Shown: piece by piece, positions 53,337 through 63,670 of the stretch
Numbering within the stretch: the stretch's first letter is position 1
How the letters are laid out: every line of letters begins with the position of its first letter
NCBI GenBank assembly: GCA_030685015.1
Contig: JAUXWS010000087.1
Span: forward strand, 24,822 to 88,821
DNA: 64,000 nucleotides
Source: a bacterium
Lineage (GTDB): Bacteria; CAIWAD01
Reading direction: 5' to 3'
Notes under the pieces: generated by a model
The model's database searches: none
What the model was told of the DNA's origin: nothing
What the model saw: the letters and a program-made list of their open reading frames with translations, nothing else
Translations under genes and position numbers: made by a program

Positions 53337-54382
53337 TGGGAGCTCCCATCGTCAGCCGCAACCCGCCGGCCATCTTCCTGGTGGGATGCCTCCCCCCACC
53401 CGTCGGGGGCGTATCGATCCATGTGCAGAGACTGACGGCTCGACTGGAGGCCGAGGGTCATCGTTGGCGCCTGCTGGACGACGGCCGCATTCCACCCCGG
53501 CGCCTGCCCCTGCAGCTGGCCAAGGCCCTGCTTGCCGCCCGGCTGGCGGGATTCCGCCTGGTGCACGTGCATAGCGGCAATTGGCGCGTGCGCTTTCTTT
53601 GCGCCGTGCTGGGCCGCTGGCTCGGTCTGCCCGTCCTGCTGACCATGCACAGTTTCCGGGATCCCGGTAGCGCTCGCACTCGACGCCTGGCCCGGACGGC
53701 CCTCAAGTGGGCTTCGGGGATCGTGGCCGTCAGCGAGGAGGTGCGCAGCCGGTGCCTGGAGCACGGCGCCCCCGCCGCCCGCCTGCGGGTCCAGTACGCC
53801 TACCTGGACCCGCCTCGCGCTGAGACCGCCACCCTTCCGGACGGCGTCGAGGACTTCCTGCGCGGGCATGGACCGATCCTGGCGGCCAGCGCCTTCCGTC
53901 TGCGTATTCTGCAGGGGCAGGATCTCTACGGCCTGGACCTGCTCATCGACCTGATGCACCAGCTGCGCACCTGGCACACCCGGGCCGGCCTGGTCTTCGT
54001 CCTGCCGGAGACGGGCCTGCCGGACTATCTGGAACAATGCCAGGCGAAACTTGCCGACCTCGGTCTGGAGAGGGACCTCCTCATCGTGAGGGAGAGCATC
54101 GACTTCACGGCCCTGCTGCGCCGAAGCGACCTGTTGGTGCGGCCCACCACCACGGATGGCGACAGCATCTCCCTGCGCGAGGCGCTCCACGTCGGGTGCC
54201 GGACCCTCGCCAGCGACGCCGTGCCGCGGCCCGCTGGCGTGGCGACCTTCCGTTCGCGGGACCCTGCCCACCTCCTCCAGCGCTGCCGGGAGGTGCTCGC
54301 CGATCCCGCCCCGCCACCTCGTTCCGGCCAGGACGGATGGGCCGGCCTGGCGCAGGCCTACGCGACGGTCATGGATGGCTGA
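53336..54382 (+). CDS. glycosyltransferase family 4-like
   Basis: TGATG overlap with the upstream gene. Motifs IFLVGCLPPPVGGVSIHVQRL and later EX7E-type region. Confidence 0.65.
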   Translation: MGAPIVSRNPPAIFLVGCLPPPVGGVSIHVQRLTARLEAEGHRWRLLDDGRIPPRRLPLQLAKALLAARLAGFRLVHVHSGNWRVRFLCAVLGRWLGLPVLLTMHSFRDPGSARTRRLARTALKWASGIVAVSEEVRSRCLEHGAPAARLRVQYAYLDPPRAETATLPDGVEDFLRGHGPILAASAFRLRILQGQDLYGLDLLIDLMHQLRTWHTRAGLVFVLPETGLPDYLEQCQAKLADLGLERDLLIVRESIDFTALLRRSDLLVRPTTTDGDSISLREALHVGCRTLASDAVPRPAGVATFRSRDPAHLLQRCREVLADPAPPPRSGQDGWAGLAQAYATVMDG

Positions 54383-55805
54383 GAGTCTGCGCCAGCGAAG
54401 CCTGGCCGGACTGGGCTGGGCCTTCGGGCAGCAGGCGGGCAGCCAGCTCAGCCGTGTCCTCTTCTCCATCCTCCTGGCGCGCGTGCTGGCGCCGGACGAC
54501 TACGGCCTGCTGGGGCTTGGCCTGCTCTGCGTGAACTTTCTGCAGATCCTGGCCACCTTCGGGCTTGGCGACGGCCTGATCCAGGCCGGCCGCCGGGCCT
54601 CGCCCGGGGAGTTGTCCACTCTCTTCCGCCTGCACGCCCTCCTGGCCAGCAGCGCCGCCTTGACCCTCCTGTTGGCCGCGCCGGCCATCGCGGCCTGGTA
54701 CCGGCTGGACGGCCTGTCCGACATCCTGCGCCTCCTGGCCCTGACCTTCCTCTTCTCCATCGGCATCGTGGTGCCGCGCGCGGCCCTGGAGAAGGATCTG
54801 CACTTTGAAATCGTCGCCCGGCGGGCGGTGCCCGCCACGGTGGTGAGCGGGCTGCTGGCCCTGGCGGCGGCCCACGCCGGGTGGGGTGTCTACAGCCTGG
54901 TGGTCCTTTCACTGGCGGAACCGGCCATCCTGGCCCTCAGCCTGCTGCCCTGGATCCCGCGCCACCGGCCGGCTCCGCTGCGGCAGGTGCTTCCTGTGAT
55001 GCGCTACTCGTGGAAGCTGGCCTTGGCCGGGGTGGTGGGTTTCGCCGGCAAGAACATCGACGCGGTGGTGATCGGCCGCTGGATCGGCGCGCGGGATCTG
55101 GGGCTCTACCAATTGGGCTTCCGCCTGACCCGCCTGCCCAGCCAGAACCTGGCCGCCGTGCTGGACCGCGTGCTCTTTCCCGCCTACGCCAGCATCCAGG
55201 ATGATCCGGCCCGCGTGGCGCGGGCCTATGCGCGGGTGCTGCGCGGCATGTCCTGGCTGATGTTCCCGGTCATGACCCTGGTCGCCGCCTCCTTGGAGTG
55301 GGTGGCGCCCCTGCTCTTGACCCACCGCTGGGACGGGGTGGTGCCGGTGATGCAGGTCTTTTGCGCGCTGGCGGTGGTGCAGACCATGGGCCGCAGCATG
55401 AACGCGGTCATTCAAGCCCTGGGCCGCAGCGATGTGGTGCTGGCCTGGGTCTTTCTGGCCGCGCCGCTCAACGTGGCCGCCGTGGCCATCAGCGCCCGCT
55501 GGGGCATCCTGGCGGTGGCGGGGGCCTTGGTGGCGACCCGGCTGGTCATCCAGCTGGGGCAGCAGCACGTCCTCGCCCGTCTGCTCGGAGTGCCCCACGG
55601 CCGCTTGCTGAAAGCGGAGTTTGCCGGCCTGCCCCTAGCCCTGCTGCAGGGGTCCTTCTTTGCGATGGGCGCATGGGCCGGCTGGCACCCGCTGACGTTG
55701 AGCGCACTGGCGGCCGCGGTGGTCCTGATGCCGGCGGGCAGGCTGGTGGCCCGGCGCGGAGTCCGCGGGGCGCTGGCCTGGCTGACCGGGGACTTCAGCT
55801 CGTGA
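54375..55805 (+). CDS. Wzx-like polysaccharide flippase (MOP superfamily), second copy
   Basis: ATGGCTGA 8-nt overlap with the upstream stop. 476 aa with about 12 TM helices. Conserved N-terminal region [22 protein letters not shown]. Confidence 0.75.
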   Translation: MAESLRQRSLAGLGWAFGQQAGSQLSRVLFSILLARVLAPDDYGLLGLGLLCVNFLQILATFGLGDGLIQAGRRASPGELSTLFRLHALLASSAALTLLLAAPAIAAWYRLDGLSDILRLLALTFLFSIGIVVPRAALEKDLHFEIVARRAVPATVVSGLLALAAAHAGWGVYSLVVLSLAEPAILALSLLPWIPRHRPAPLRQVLPVMRYSWKLALAGVVGFAGKNIDAVVIGRWIGARDLGLYQLGFRLTRLPSQNLAAVLDRVLFPAYASIQDDPARVARAYARVLRGMSWLMFPVMTLVAASLEWVAPLLLTHRWDGVVPVMQVFCALAVVQTMGRSMNAVIQALGRSDVVLAWVFLAAPLNVAAVAISARWGILAVAGALVATRLVIQLGQQHVLARLLGVPHGRLLKAEFAGLPLALLQGSFFAMGAWAGWHPLTLSALAAAVVLMPAGRLVARRGVRGALAWLTGDFSS

Positions 55806-56370
55806 GGCGGGTCTTGCCCCGTCGCAGCCGCAGGGCCACCTTGCCGTCCGTCCCCGATCGCGCCCAGGCGGACACCGTCTGGCGGATCGCGCCCTCGTCC
55901 TCCGCTTCCAGCACGCGTCCGGGTTGGGAGTACTCGGCCAGGTAGTCCTCAACGGAGCAGATCACCTTGGCGGGCACTCCGCCCACCACGCTGTCCGGCG
56001 GCACGTCCCGGGTGACCAGCGCCCCCGCCGCCACCACGCTGCCTCGTCCCACGCGCACCCCTGGCATGATCACCGCCCGCGTGCCCACGAACACGTCGTC
56101 CTCGATGACGATGCGTCCCACCACATTGACCAGGTCCGTGCGCCCGGCCCGGTTGAGCATGGCGATGGCCCCGTCGTGGTTCAGCAGCAGGGTCCCCGCC
56201 GTGAGCCAGACGTTCTCACCGATCTCCGTCAGATGGGGCTCGGCGATGCTGGCGTTGAAAACGGGAAGCCAGGCCGGCGCGCGCAGACCCCGGCGGCGGT
56301 AGCGCTCCAGGGGGGTGAAGCGCAGGCGCTCCCAGGCGGCGGAGGCCCGCTTCAACAGGCGTGTCAGCAT
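55795..56370 (-). CDS. hexapeptide-repeat acetyltransferase (WcaF/NodL-like)
   Basis: Hexapeptide repeats [18 protein letters not shown] and [27 protein letters not shown]. Its 3' end overlaps the convergent flippase by 11 nt. Confidence 0.7.
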   Translation of the reverse strand: MLTRLLKRASAAWERLRFTPLERYRRRGLRAPAWLPVFNASIAEPHLTEIGENVWLTAGTLLLNHDGAIAMLNRAGRTDLVNVVGRIVIEDDVFVGTRAVIMPGVRVGRGSVVAAGALVTRDVPPDSVVGGVPAKVICSVEDYLAEYSQPGRVLEAEDEGAIRQTVSAWARSGTDGKVALRLRRGKTRLTS

Positions 56371-58502
56371 GACTCCTCCTCTCCCACGCCGTCCAGCCAG
56401 TCCTGCAGTTCGATGGCGATGCGGGTGGCGCCCAGGGCCTCCTCCGGTGACATGGCGGGCGGGGCTTCTCCCCGGGCGGCCTGCAGGAAGGCTGTCAGCC
56501 CCGCCGCGTGGCCTTTGTCGGCCTGCTCCCAGCTGCGCGCACCTCCCTTGGCGTCGTGGTGGACCAGGCGGTGGAAGTCCTCGAGGATCCAGCTCGTCGC
56601 GCCGGCATGCACTTCAATGCGTTCCTTCTCCAGGCCGGGGCCGCCTTCGCTCAGGTATTGGATCTGGGCCAGGCTGCCGTCGGGATAGGACAGCGTGAGC
56701 GCGAACTGGTCGACCACACCCGGACTGGCCGCCAGGGCGGGCAGGGCGCGGACCGCGGCCTCCTCCGGCTGTGCGCCGGCCAGGAAGGAGCAGAAATCGA
56801 TGAAGTGGCAGCCCTCGCCGATGAGGCGGCCGCCTCCTTCGCCGCGTTGCTGCACCCAGGAGGCGGGCGGAATGCGGCCGGCATTGATCCGGTAGGTGAT
56901 GAAGAGGGGTCCGCCGCGTGTCAGGATCCCGTCGCGCAGGCGTCGTGCCAATGGAGCGAAGCGCCGGTTGTAGCCCACCTGGAAGACCTGCTGGCCGGGA
57001 GCAAGTGCCCTCTCCAGCGCCTCGACCTCCTGCCGGCGGATGGCGGCGGGTTTCTCCACGAAGACATGCTTGCCGGCCGCCAGCGCTTGCAGGCAGAGCT
57101 CGGCGTGGCTGTCATGGCGCGTGGCGATGAGCACGGCCTGGACCCCCGCGTCGGCCAGCAGGGGGGCAGGGTCCGTTCCCGACCAGGGCACCTTGAATTC
57201 GGCGGCCAGCTTGCCGGCGGTGAAGCCCCCGCGGGCGACCAGACCGCGCAGTTCCACCTGGGACAGGGCGGCCAGCACGGGCAGATGGACGCGGGCACAG
57301 AAGCCCCCCGCCCCGATCACGGCCAGGCCCAGCCTCCCCTCCCGCGCCACCACCATCGGCAGCGGAAGAGGGTCCTCCGCCGCGAGCGCCGGGTATTGCA
57401 ACAGCACGGCCAGGTGTGTCTCCGGTTCGCCCTTGATGCCGTCGAAGGCCTGCACGGCCTGCTCCACGGGGTAGACGCGCGGCTCCAGCAGGTCGGGGCG
57501 CAGGCGTCCGGAGCGCATCAGCTCCAGCACGGCCTGCAGGTTGCGGTTTTCCGTCCACCGGGCATGGGCCGGGGGATAGTCGCGACCGCGCTGCTCGTAA
57601 TCCGGGTCGTAGCGGCCGGGTCCGTAGGAGCAGGCGATGCGCAGTTCCACCTCCTTCTCGTAGAAGGGGCTGCGCGGCACATCCATCCCCACCGCGCCCA
57701 CCACCACCACCCGACCACGCTTGCGCACCAGCTCCATCGCCTGGGCCAGCGGGCGGCTCGAGGACGTTCCTGCCGCAAGCAGCACGAGATCCGCGCCCAG
57801 GCCTCCGCTCAGACGCCGCACGGCCTCCGCCACGCCCGCGTCGTCGGCGGGCAGGGCCAGCTCCGCCCCGCAGCGCAGCGCCGCCTCCAGGCGGCTGGGC
57901 AGCAGGTCCAGCCCCACCACGCGGCAACCGTTGGCCGCCAGCAGTTGCACGGCCAGCAAGCCGATGAGGCCCAGGCCCGTCACCACCACCACCTCGCCCA
58001 GGCGCGGCCCGCCCTGGCGGATTCCCTGCAGCGCGATGCTGGCCACGGTAGTCCAGGCGGCGTCGCGGGTGGGAACCCCCTCGGGCACCGGCGCCACCAG
58101 GAGGCGCGGCACGGCCACCACCTCGGCGTGGGCGGCGATGCCCGATCCGGCGCAGGCGACCCGGTCCCCCGGCCGCAGGTCCTGCACACCCAGGCCGACG
58201 GTCAGCACACGGCCCGCGCTGCTGTATCCCACCGCCTGGGCGATGTTGTCCACGTGGGCGGCCTTGCGCCAGAGGTCGCGCAGGCTGTTGTTGCGCACAG
58301 CCTTGAGTCCCTTGCGCAGCAGGTCCCGACGCACCTGCAGCTGCCCGCGCAGGTCGCCGGGCAGCACCAGGCCGCCGGTCTCCGTGCCCGCGCTGATCAG
58401 GCTGAACTCGTTCAGCACCAGCACCTGCCCGGCATCGACCCGCGGGCGGGGCACCTCGCGCACCACCATGCGCTGCTCCTTGGTCTTGAAGACCTGCTTC
58501 AC
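56364..58502 (-). CDS. bi-domain oxidoreductase: N-terminal zinc-type MDR alcohol dehydrogenase-like domain fused to C-terminal Gfo/Idh/MocA domain
   Basis: Residues 1-340 have an MDR fold ([43 protein letters not shown]). Residues 370-712 carry a Gfo/Idh/MocA motif ([16 protein letters not shown]...EKPAA). Confidence 0.7.
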   Translation of the reverse strand: MKQVFKTKEQRMVVREVPRPRVDAGQVLVLNEFSLISAGTETGGLVLPGDLRGQLQVRRDLLRKGLKAVRNNSLRDLWRKAAHVDNIAQAVGYSSAGRVLTVGLGVQDLRPGDRVACAGSGIAAHAEVVAVPRLLVAPVPEGVPTRDAAWTTVASIALQGIRQGGPRLGEVVVVTGLGLIGLLAVQLLAANGCRVVGLDLLPSRLEAALRCGAELALPADDAGVAEAVRRLSGGLGADLVLLAAGTSSSRPLAQAMELVRKRGRVVVVGAVGMDVPRSPFYEKEVELRIACSYGPGRYDPDYEQRGRDYPPAHARWTENRNLQAVLELMRSGRLRPDLLEPRVYPVEQAVQAFDGIKGEPETHLAVLLQYPALAAEDPLPLPMVVAREGRLGLAVIGAGGFCARVHLPVLAALSQVELRGLVARGGFTAGKLAAEFKVPWSGTDPAPLLADAGVQAVLIATRHDSHAELCLQALAAGKHVFVEKPAAIRRQEVEALERALAPGQQVFQVGYNRRFAPLARRLRDGILTRGGPLFITYRINAGRIPPASWVQQRGEGGGRLIGEGCHFIDFCSFLAGAQPEEAAVRALPALAASPGVVDQFALTLSYPDGSLAQIQYLSEGGPGLEKERIEVHAGATSWILEDFHRLVHHDAKGGARSWEQADKGHAAGLTAFLQAARGEAPPAMSPEEALGATRIAIELQDWLDGVGEEESC

Positions 58503-59689
58503 ACGCGTTCCTCCAGGTGGTAAGTGTCACACGACAGGGGCAGGGGCAAAGCGACGAAGCGACCACGGGCCGTGTCCCGCACGCGGTGGACCTGTCCGTC
58601 TCTGCCGCGCAAGGCGGCCAGGCGGGGATTCCGCACTTCCAGCTCCAGACGATCCAGCCGGTCAACGGCAGACCCTTCCAGGCGCAGCGTGCCGGCCATG
58701 AGGTGCAGGCGCACCCGCTCCCTCAATCGCCAGTGGTCGGCGATTTCGCTGGGATGTGCGTGCCAGTGGGATCGATTCGCCAGCCGCCGCAACAGCCAGG
58801 TCACCGCGGATTGGTCGTCCTGCAGGTTGTTGCGCTGGCGGCGACCGTCCTCGCGACTGGGGGCGATGTGCTCCTGGATGGTGAGTGGAAGCCCGGCCTC
58901 CTCCAATTGGAGGCATTGCCGCAGCCAGGTGCGCCGCAGAACTTGTCTCTGCCGCCAGCGCAGGGGCCAGCGCTCCATCTCCTCCCGCAAGTAGGGAGGC
59001 AGCACGTTCCCGGCCAGGGTGGTGGGCAACTCAAGCCACGCCCCGCCGGCCCGCCAGCCGGGTGTCAGCTCGGAGCATTGGGTGTCCGTGTCCTGGATTT
59101 GGGAGCGGTTGAACCGTGGGCACCACCAGCGAAATCCACAGGCGGCCACGGCCTCGTCGGAGTGCTCGTTGCTGGCGTAGCCCGGGTACTTGCCGCCCAC
59201 AGGCGGACGCATGAACACGCGGTCCCAGATCTCCAGCCCGCGGCGCGTCTCCGCCACCGCCTCCTCCACGCTGGAAAAGGTGCGGAACTCCTGATCACGG
59301 GCAGCGCCTTCCCCGCGGAAGTGGTCCTTGCCGTGGTAGCAGCACTCCACCCGGGGGTGGGCCTCCAACCCGCGCAGGAATTCCACCATCTCCGGCCGCT
59401 GGGCGATGGAGTGGAAGCGCGACCCCGCCGGCGGGGACGCGAGGGGCTGGCGATTGACCGGGATGAAGAGGCTGATGCGCAAGTCCGGGAAGGGCTCCAG
59501 CAGGGTGCGCTCCACAAAGCGCCAGGCCGAATCTGGACCACGGCCCAGGTTTCCCCAGTCCCGCTCGCGGCCACGGCAGCCCGGCGCCGGGATCCACACG
59601 TCCGCCAGGTCGTCCACCATCAGGTTGAGGGGCGCGGCGGCCCCGCCGGGCCAGCGGGCCACGCGCAGCGCGGTCAGAGCTTCCATGCG
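58499..59689 (-). CDS. polysaccharide deacetylase-like (putative carbohydrate esterase) protein
   Basis: Start MEALTALRVARWP. Motifs NLMVDDLADVW and CCYHGKDHFRGE are suggestive of a deacetylase/DUF2334-type fold. Assignment is tentative. Confidence 0.4.
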   Translation of the reverse strand, partial: RMEALTALRVARWPGGAAAPLNLMVDDLADVWIPAPGCRGRERDWGNLGRGPDSAWRFVERTLLEPFPDLRISLFIPVNRQPLASPPAGSRFHSIAQRPEMVEFLRGLEAHPRVECCYHGKDHFRGEGAARDQEFRTFSSVEEAVAETRRGLEIWDRVFMRPPVGGKYPGYASNEHSDEAVAACGFRWWCPRFNRSQIQDTDTQCSELTPGWRAGGAWLELPTTLAGNVLPPYLREEMERWPLRWRQRQVLRRTWLRQCLQLEEAGLPLTIQEHIAPSREDGRRQRNNLQDDQSAVTWLLRRLANRSHWHAHPSEIADHWRLRERVRLHLMAGTLRLEGSAVDRLDRLELEVRNPRLAALRGRDGQVHRVRDTARGRFVALPLPLSCDTYHLEERV

Positions 59690-60753
59690 GCCTTCATCCG
59701 TCCCAGGGCCCGCACTCCGTCGCGCAGGGCGTTCACCGGCCCGGGACGACGGTGGCGCAGGCGCCACATGCCGCGCACCTCCGGATTCCACTTGAGCTTG
59801 TAGTCCTCCTCGCCGGCCATGAAATCCAGGCGGGTCACGCCCCGGCGGCACAGATCCTCCACCACATCCCAGAGCATCAGCTTGCCGATGGAGAAGGGAA
59901 AGAAGGCCGGGTCGTAGCTGGTGATCCAGTCGAAGAAGGCACCCCGGTGCAGAAAGCCCAGGCGGTAGGCCACCAGCCCGCCCTCTTCCCGGCAGGTGTA
60001 ACACGCAAAGGCGCCCCGCTCCGTGGCCAAGCGCCCCACCTTCCCGATGAAGGCGCGGCGGGCCGGATCCAGCAACGAACTCTTGTGGCCCTCGGCCTGG
60101 AAGCGCAGACGCGACAGCTCCGTCAGCCCGGCCAGGAGCGTCGTGTCGCAGCAGGTCTCCAGCGTCAGCTCCACCACGTGCCCGACCTCCGCCAGCCGTC
60201 GCTTCTTCTTGGCCACATCGTGGCGCAGGTTTTTGCCCACCGCTCTCTCCAGCGCCTCCCAGCCAGGGGAGAGGTCGAGGAGCGGATTGCCCTCCACCCG
60301 CTGCCGCTCCCAGCCCCGGCCTGCGAGCCGCTCCGCCAGGGGAAAGGAGGCCGTCCCTTCGATGAGGGGCAGGAGCCGGGCTTCATGGACACGCCGGGAC
60401 GCGTCGTCCAACCAGGCCGCCACCTGCTCCATCGCCTCGCCGTCGCCGTCCCGCACCAGCAAGGGCAGGGCGTCGGTGAAGCCGTCGCCCGCGGGGCTGA
60501 GCACCCGGTGCGAGACGGGGGAGCGGGGGTCACGCTCCCGGCGCTCCCACATCGGCAACAAGGCGCGCACGTCGCGATCCCGGCGGAAGGCCAGCACCCG
60601 GACCCCGTCCGAGGCGAAGTGCTCCAGCCAGACCTCCACCCACCACCGGGTGGTCTGGATGTGGGGGTGCACACCGTCCTCCGCCAGACGATCCCAGGCA
60701 TCCGCGCAATCCCCGGCCAAGGGCAGGGGCCACTCCTCACAGATCCAGCTCAT
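59674..60753 (-). CDS. FemAB-related / CelD-like GNAT acyltransferase (EPS-locus associated)
   Basis: Start MSWICEEW. C-terminal YRLGFLHRGAFFDWITSYDPAFFPFSIGKLMLWDVVEDLCRRGVTRLDFMAGEEDYK. The upstream part of the ORF-table entry is an alternative frame of the neighbouring gene. Confidence 0.6.
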   Translation of the reverse strand: MSWICEEWPLPLAGDCADAWDRLAEDGVHPHIQTTRWWVEVWLEHFASDGVRVLAFRRDRDVRALLPMWERRERDPRSPVSHRVLSPAGDGFTDALPLLVRDGDGEAMEQVAAWLDDASRRVHEARLLPLIEGTASFPLAERLAGRGWERQRVEGNPLLDLSPGWEALERAVGKNLRHDVAKKKRRLAEVGHVVELTLETCCDTTLLAGLTELSRLRFQAEGHKSSLLDPARRAFIGKVGRLATERGAFACYTCREEGGLVAYRLGFLHRGAFFDWITSYDPAFFPFSIGKLMLWDVVEDLCRRGVTRLDFMAGEEDYKLKWNPEVRGMWRLRHRRPGPVNALRDGVRALGRMKAAWKL

Positions 60754-61327
60754 GCCACTCCACGGGCCGGCGGCGCACCATGCGCCAGCCCAGCACCTTG
60801 ATGATGGTGATGCGCTCCAGGGCCCGGGCCCCCGCCGCCCGCTGGGCACGCAGCGCGGGCGCGTTGCCCAGGTGGACCAGTCCGTCCAGGGGAGCCAGAC
60901 CCAGCCGCGCCGCCTCCGCCAGCCGGCGCTCCAGCATGCGCCCATGCAAACCGCGGCCCCGGTGCTCCGGTGCGGTCCACGAGTCCAGCAGCACGCCGCC
61001 GCCGGGGCCGGGGTCCAGCCGAAGGCCCGTGTTGGGCTCGTCGTAGGCCCCGCGCCAGATCCAGGTGTCGTAGACCAGGCCGTCGCCGCAGCGGACGCCC
61101 AGCCCGGCCTGGCGAGGGTCGGCCAGCCGCTCGGCCACACGCCGGTTGCGTCGGGCGTAGTCCCGATAGCCGCCACGCAGTTCCTCACCGCGCACCTCGT
61201 GGTAGCCATCCGGCAGCGGCTGCACCGCCGGTGGCGCTCCCTCGTGCCGGATGTATAGCCACAGCTGGCGATCCACCACCCGGCGCGCCGCGTGACACAA
61301 CTTTCCCCAGATGGACTTCAGGGCGCT
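60737..61327 (-). CDS. GNAT-family N-acetyltransferase
   Basis: Start MSALKSIWGKL. VLLDSWTAPEHRGRGLHGRMLERRLAEAARLG is a GNAT motif A. The first 345 codons of ORF 60737-62362 are an alternative frame of the glycosyltransferase gene. Confidence 0.6.
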   Translation of the reverse strand, partial: SALKSIWGKLCHAARRVVDRQLWLYIRHEGAPPAVQPLPDGYHEVRGEELRGGYRDYARRNRRVAERLADPRQAGLGVRCGDGLVYDTWIWRGAYDEPNTGLRLDPGPGGGVLLDSWTAPEHRGRGLHGRMLERRLAEAARLGLAPLDGLVHLGNAPALRAQRAAGARALERITIIKVLGWRMVRRRPVEWHELDL

Positions 61328-62562
61328 CATGGTCTCCCCACCGCCCCTCTCAGCACGCCGTCCAGCGTCGCCAGAATGGCCTCCCGGCGGTAGTCCCGCT
61401 CCAACAGCGCTCGTCCCCGGGATCCCATGGCCGCCCGCTCCTCCGGGGACAAGGTGGCGAAGGCGGTCACCATGGCGCGAATCTCCTCCACGCGACCCGG
61501 ATGGGCGGTCAGTCCCAGCCCCTCGTCCGCCACCACGCGTTGCAACTCCCCGCCGGCGACGGCGAGGATGGGCTTGCCCGCCGCCAGGCAGCTCTGGAAC
61601 TTGGAGGGCACGGTCAGCCGAAAGATGGGCTGGTCGTCCAGACTCACCAGCAGGCCGTCGCTGGCGGCGTAGACCGGCCCCATCTCCGCCGCCGGGATGC
61701 GGCCATGGAAGTCCACGCCGGGCAGTCCCTCCCCCTCCACGCGCCGGCGCAGGTGGGCGGCGTGGGAGCCATCCCCCACCAGATGCAGGCGCAGGCGCGC
61801 CGCCGTGGGTGCCGGCAGGCCGGCCCAGGCGTCCAGCAGGCGGTCCAGGTTCTGGACCTTGCCCAGGTTCCCGGCGAAGACGAGGTGCAGGCGGTCGTCC
61901 CGCGCCCAGGGTCGGGGTTCGGTCCGGGCGGGGGGCTCGTCGGCCCAATTGGGGACGAACTCCGCCTGCCGTCCCGCCGGCAGGAAGGGGGCCAGCGCGT
62001 CGCGGAATCCCGCGCAGGAGACCAGCACGCGGGCGGCGGGTCGGTAGCAGAAGCGAACGAAGGCGTTGAGCAGCGCGGCCCGCGGCGCGCTGCGACGAAA
62101 GCCGTAAGCCCAGACGCTGTCCGGCCACAGGTCCTGCGTCCAGATGACAAAGGGCACGGCGCGCCAACGGGCCAGCAGCACGGCCGGCAAGGCGCTGGTC
62201 AGGGGGCCGGTCTGGAAGGAGAGGACGACATCCGGCCGCGCACCGGCCAGGGCCGCCCGACTGCCGCGCCAGGCAAAAGCCAGGTAGTTGAGCAGCTTGC
62301 GCCGCAGGCTGGCCTCGTAGCCGGTCACGGTGGGCACGCGCGTGACCCGCGCCCCCGCCCAAACCTCGCCGTCCACCCCGCGGTTGCGCCAGCCGTCGAA
62401 GACCCGGCCGTGGGGATAGCTGGGGATCTGGGTGAGCACGCGCACCTGGTGGCCGCGCCCCGCCAGATGCCGCACCAGGTCGTTGACGCGGAACTCCTCC
62501 GGGTGGAAGCGCTCGCTCACGACCAGGATGTGCAGGGGGCTACTGGAGGTCCTGGACTTCAA
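61327..62562 (-). CDS. glycosyltransferase family 4 (WcaI-like)
   Basis: HILVVSERFHPEEFRVNDLVRHLAGRGHQVRVLTQIPSYPHG is a WcaI-type N-terminus. Probable TTG start at 62562; the ATG at 62628 would overlap the upstream gene by 88 nt. Start is uncertain. Confidence 0.7.
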   Translation of the reverse strand: MKSRTSSSPLHILVVSERFHPEEFRVNDLVRHLAGRGHQVRVLTQIPSYPHGRVFDGWRNRGVDGEVWAGARVTRVPTVTGYEASLRRKLLNYLAFAWRGSRAALAGARPDVVLSFQTGPLTSALPAVLLARWRAVPFVIWTQDLWPDSVWAYGFRRSAPRAALLNAFVRFCYRPAARVLVSCAGFRDALAPFLPAGRQAEFVPNWADEPPARTEPRPWARDDRLHLVFAGNLGKVQNLDRLLDAWAGLPAPTAARLRLHLVGDGSHAAHLRRRVEGEGLPGVDFHGRIPAAEMGPVYAASDGLLVSLDDQPIFRLTVPSKFQSCLAAGKPILAVAGGELQRVVADEGLGLTAHPGRVEEIRAMVTAFATLSPEERAAMGSRGRALLERDYRREAILATLDGVLRGAVGRP

Positions 62563-63670
62563 TGCCGTTCCACCGATGCAGGAGGGGCGTGAGGCCGGTG
62601 ATGATGCGCGCCACGCGTTCCGAGACATCGCGCACCTGGTAGGCCTCGGGCACCTGGCGTCCCGGGGCGGCGCCGGCATCCGTCACCAGGCGCAAGGCCC
62701 GCAGCACCACATCCTCCTCCAGGCCGCAGAGCACGATGTTGCCCCCGTCCAGGGCCTCCGGCCGCTCCATGGAATGGCGCAGCGTCACCGCCGGGAAACC
62801 CAGCAGCGCCGCCTCTTCGCTGATGGTTCCGCTGTCGGACAGGACACAGAAGGCCCCCTCCTGCAAACGGACATAGGCCGGAAAGCCGAAGGGCCGGTGG
62901 GTCCGCACGCCTTCCGGCAACGCGCCGCCGCCCAGCTGTTGCAGGCGTTTGGCCGTGCGCGGATGGGTGGAGAGCAGCACAGGGCGCCCGAATTCCCGTG
63001 CGGCGGCCCCCAATGCCGCCAGGGCACCTTCCAGGCCGCGACGGTTGTCCACGTTCTCCTCGCGGTGCAGGCTGGCCAGCAGGTAGCCGCCGGGCGTCAG
63101 GCCCAGTTCGTCCAGCACGGGACTGGCCTCGATCAGCGGACGATAGTGCTCCAGCACCTCGAGCATGGGGCTGCCCGTGAGCAGCACCTGGCGTGGCGGC
63201 AAGCCCTCGGCCAGCAGGTTGCGCCGGGCGTGTTCGGTGTAGACCAGGTTGACGTCGCAGACATGGTCCACCAGCCGGCGGTTCACCTCCTCGGGGACGT
63301 TGAGGTCGAAGGAGCGGTTGCCCGCCTCCATGTGGAAGACGGGAATGCGCAGGCGGCGGGCCAGCACGCAGCACAGGGCGCTGTTGGTGTCCCCCAGGAC
63401 GAGCAGGGCGTCCGGCCGCTCCCGGCGCAGCACCCCCTCGAACTGGATGAAGAGGGTCCCGATCATCCGTCCCAGGCTGGAAGGATCCGTCGCCAGGAAG
63501 TGGTCCGGGCGGCGGAGGGCCAGCTCATCGAAGAAAATCTGGTTCAGTTCATAGTCATGGTTCTGGCCCGTGTGCACCAGCACGTGGTCCAGACAGGCGT
63601 CCAGGCGGACGATGACCCGGGAGAGGCGGATCAACTCGGGCCGCGTGCCCACCACGGTCATCACTTTCAT
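62540..63670 (-). CDS. UDP-N-acetylglucosamine 2-epimerase (non-hydrolysing), second copy
   Basis: MKVMTVVGTRPELIRLSRV...HTGQNHDYELNQIFFDEL...HMEAGNRS. Confidence 0.85.
   Translation of the reverse strand: MKVMTVVGTRPELIRLSRVIVRLDACLDHVLVHTGQNHDYELNQIFFDELALRRPDHFLATDPSSLGRMIGTLFIQFEGVLRRERPDALLVLGDTNSALCCVLARRLRIPVFHMEAGNRSFDLNVPEEVNRRLVDHVCDVNLVYTEHARRNLLAEGLPPRQVLLTGSPMLEVLEHYRPLIEASPVLDELGLTPGGYLLASLHREENVDNRRGLEGALAALGAAAREFGRPVLLSTHPRTAKRLQQLGGGALPEGVRTHRPFGFPAYVRLQEGAFCVLSDSGTISEEAALLGFPAVTLRHSMERPEALDGGNIVLCGLEEDVVLRALRLVTDAGAAPGRQVPEAYQVRDVSERVARIITGLTPLLHRWNGIEVQDLQ

Noticed and set aside
60737-62362. 541-aa ORF as a single gene
   Set aside because: The first 345 codons are Gly/Arg/Pro-rich and lie in an alternative frame of the WcaI-like glycosyltransferase gene. 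Only the C-terminal 196 aa, from the ATG at 61327, form a GNAT domain.
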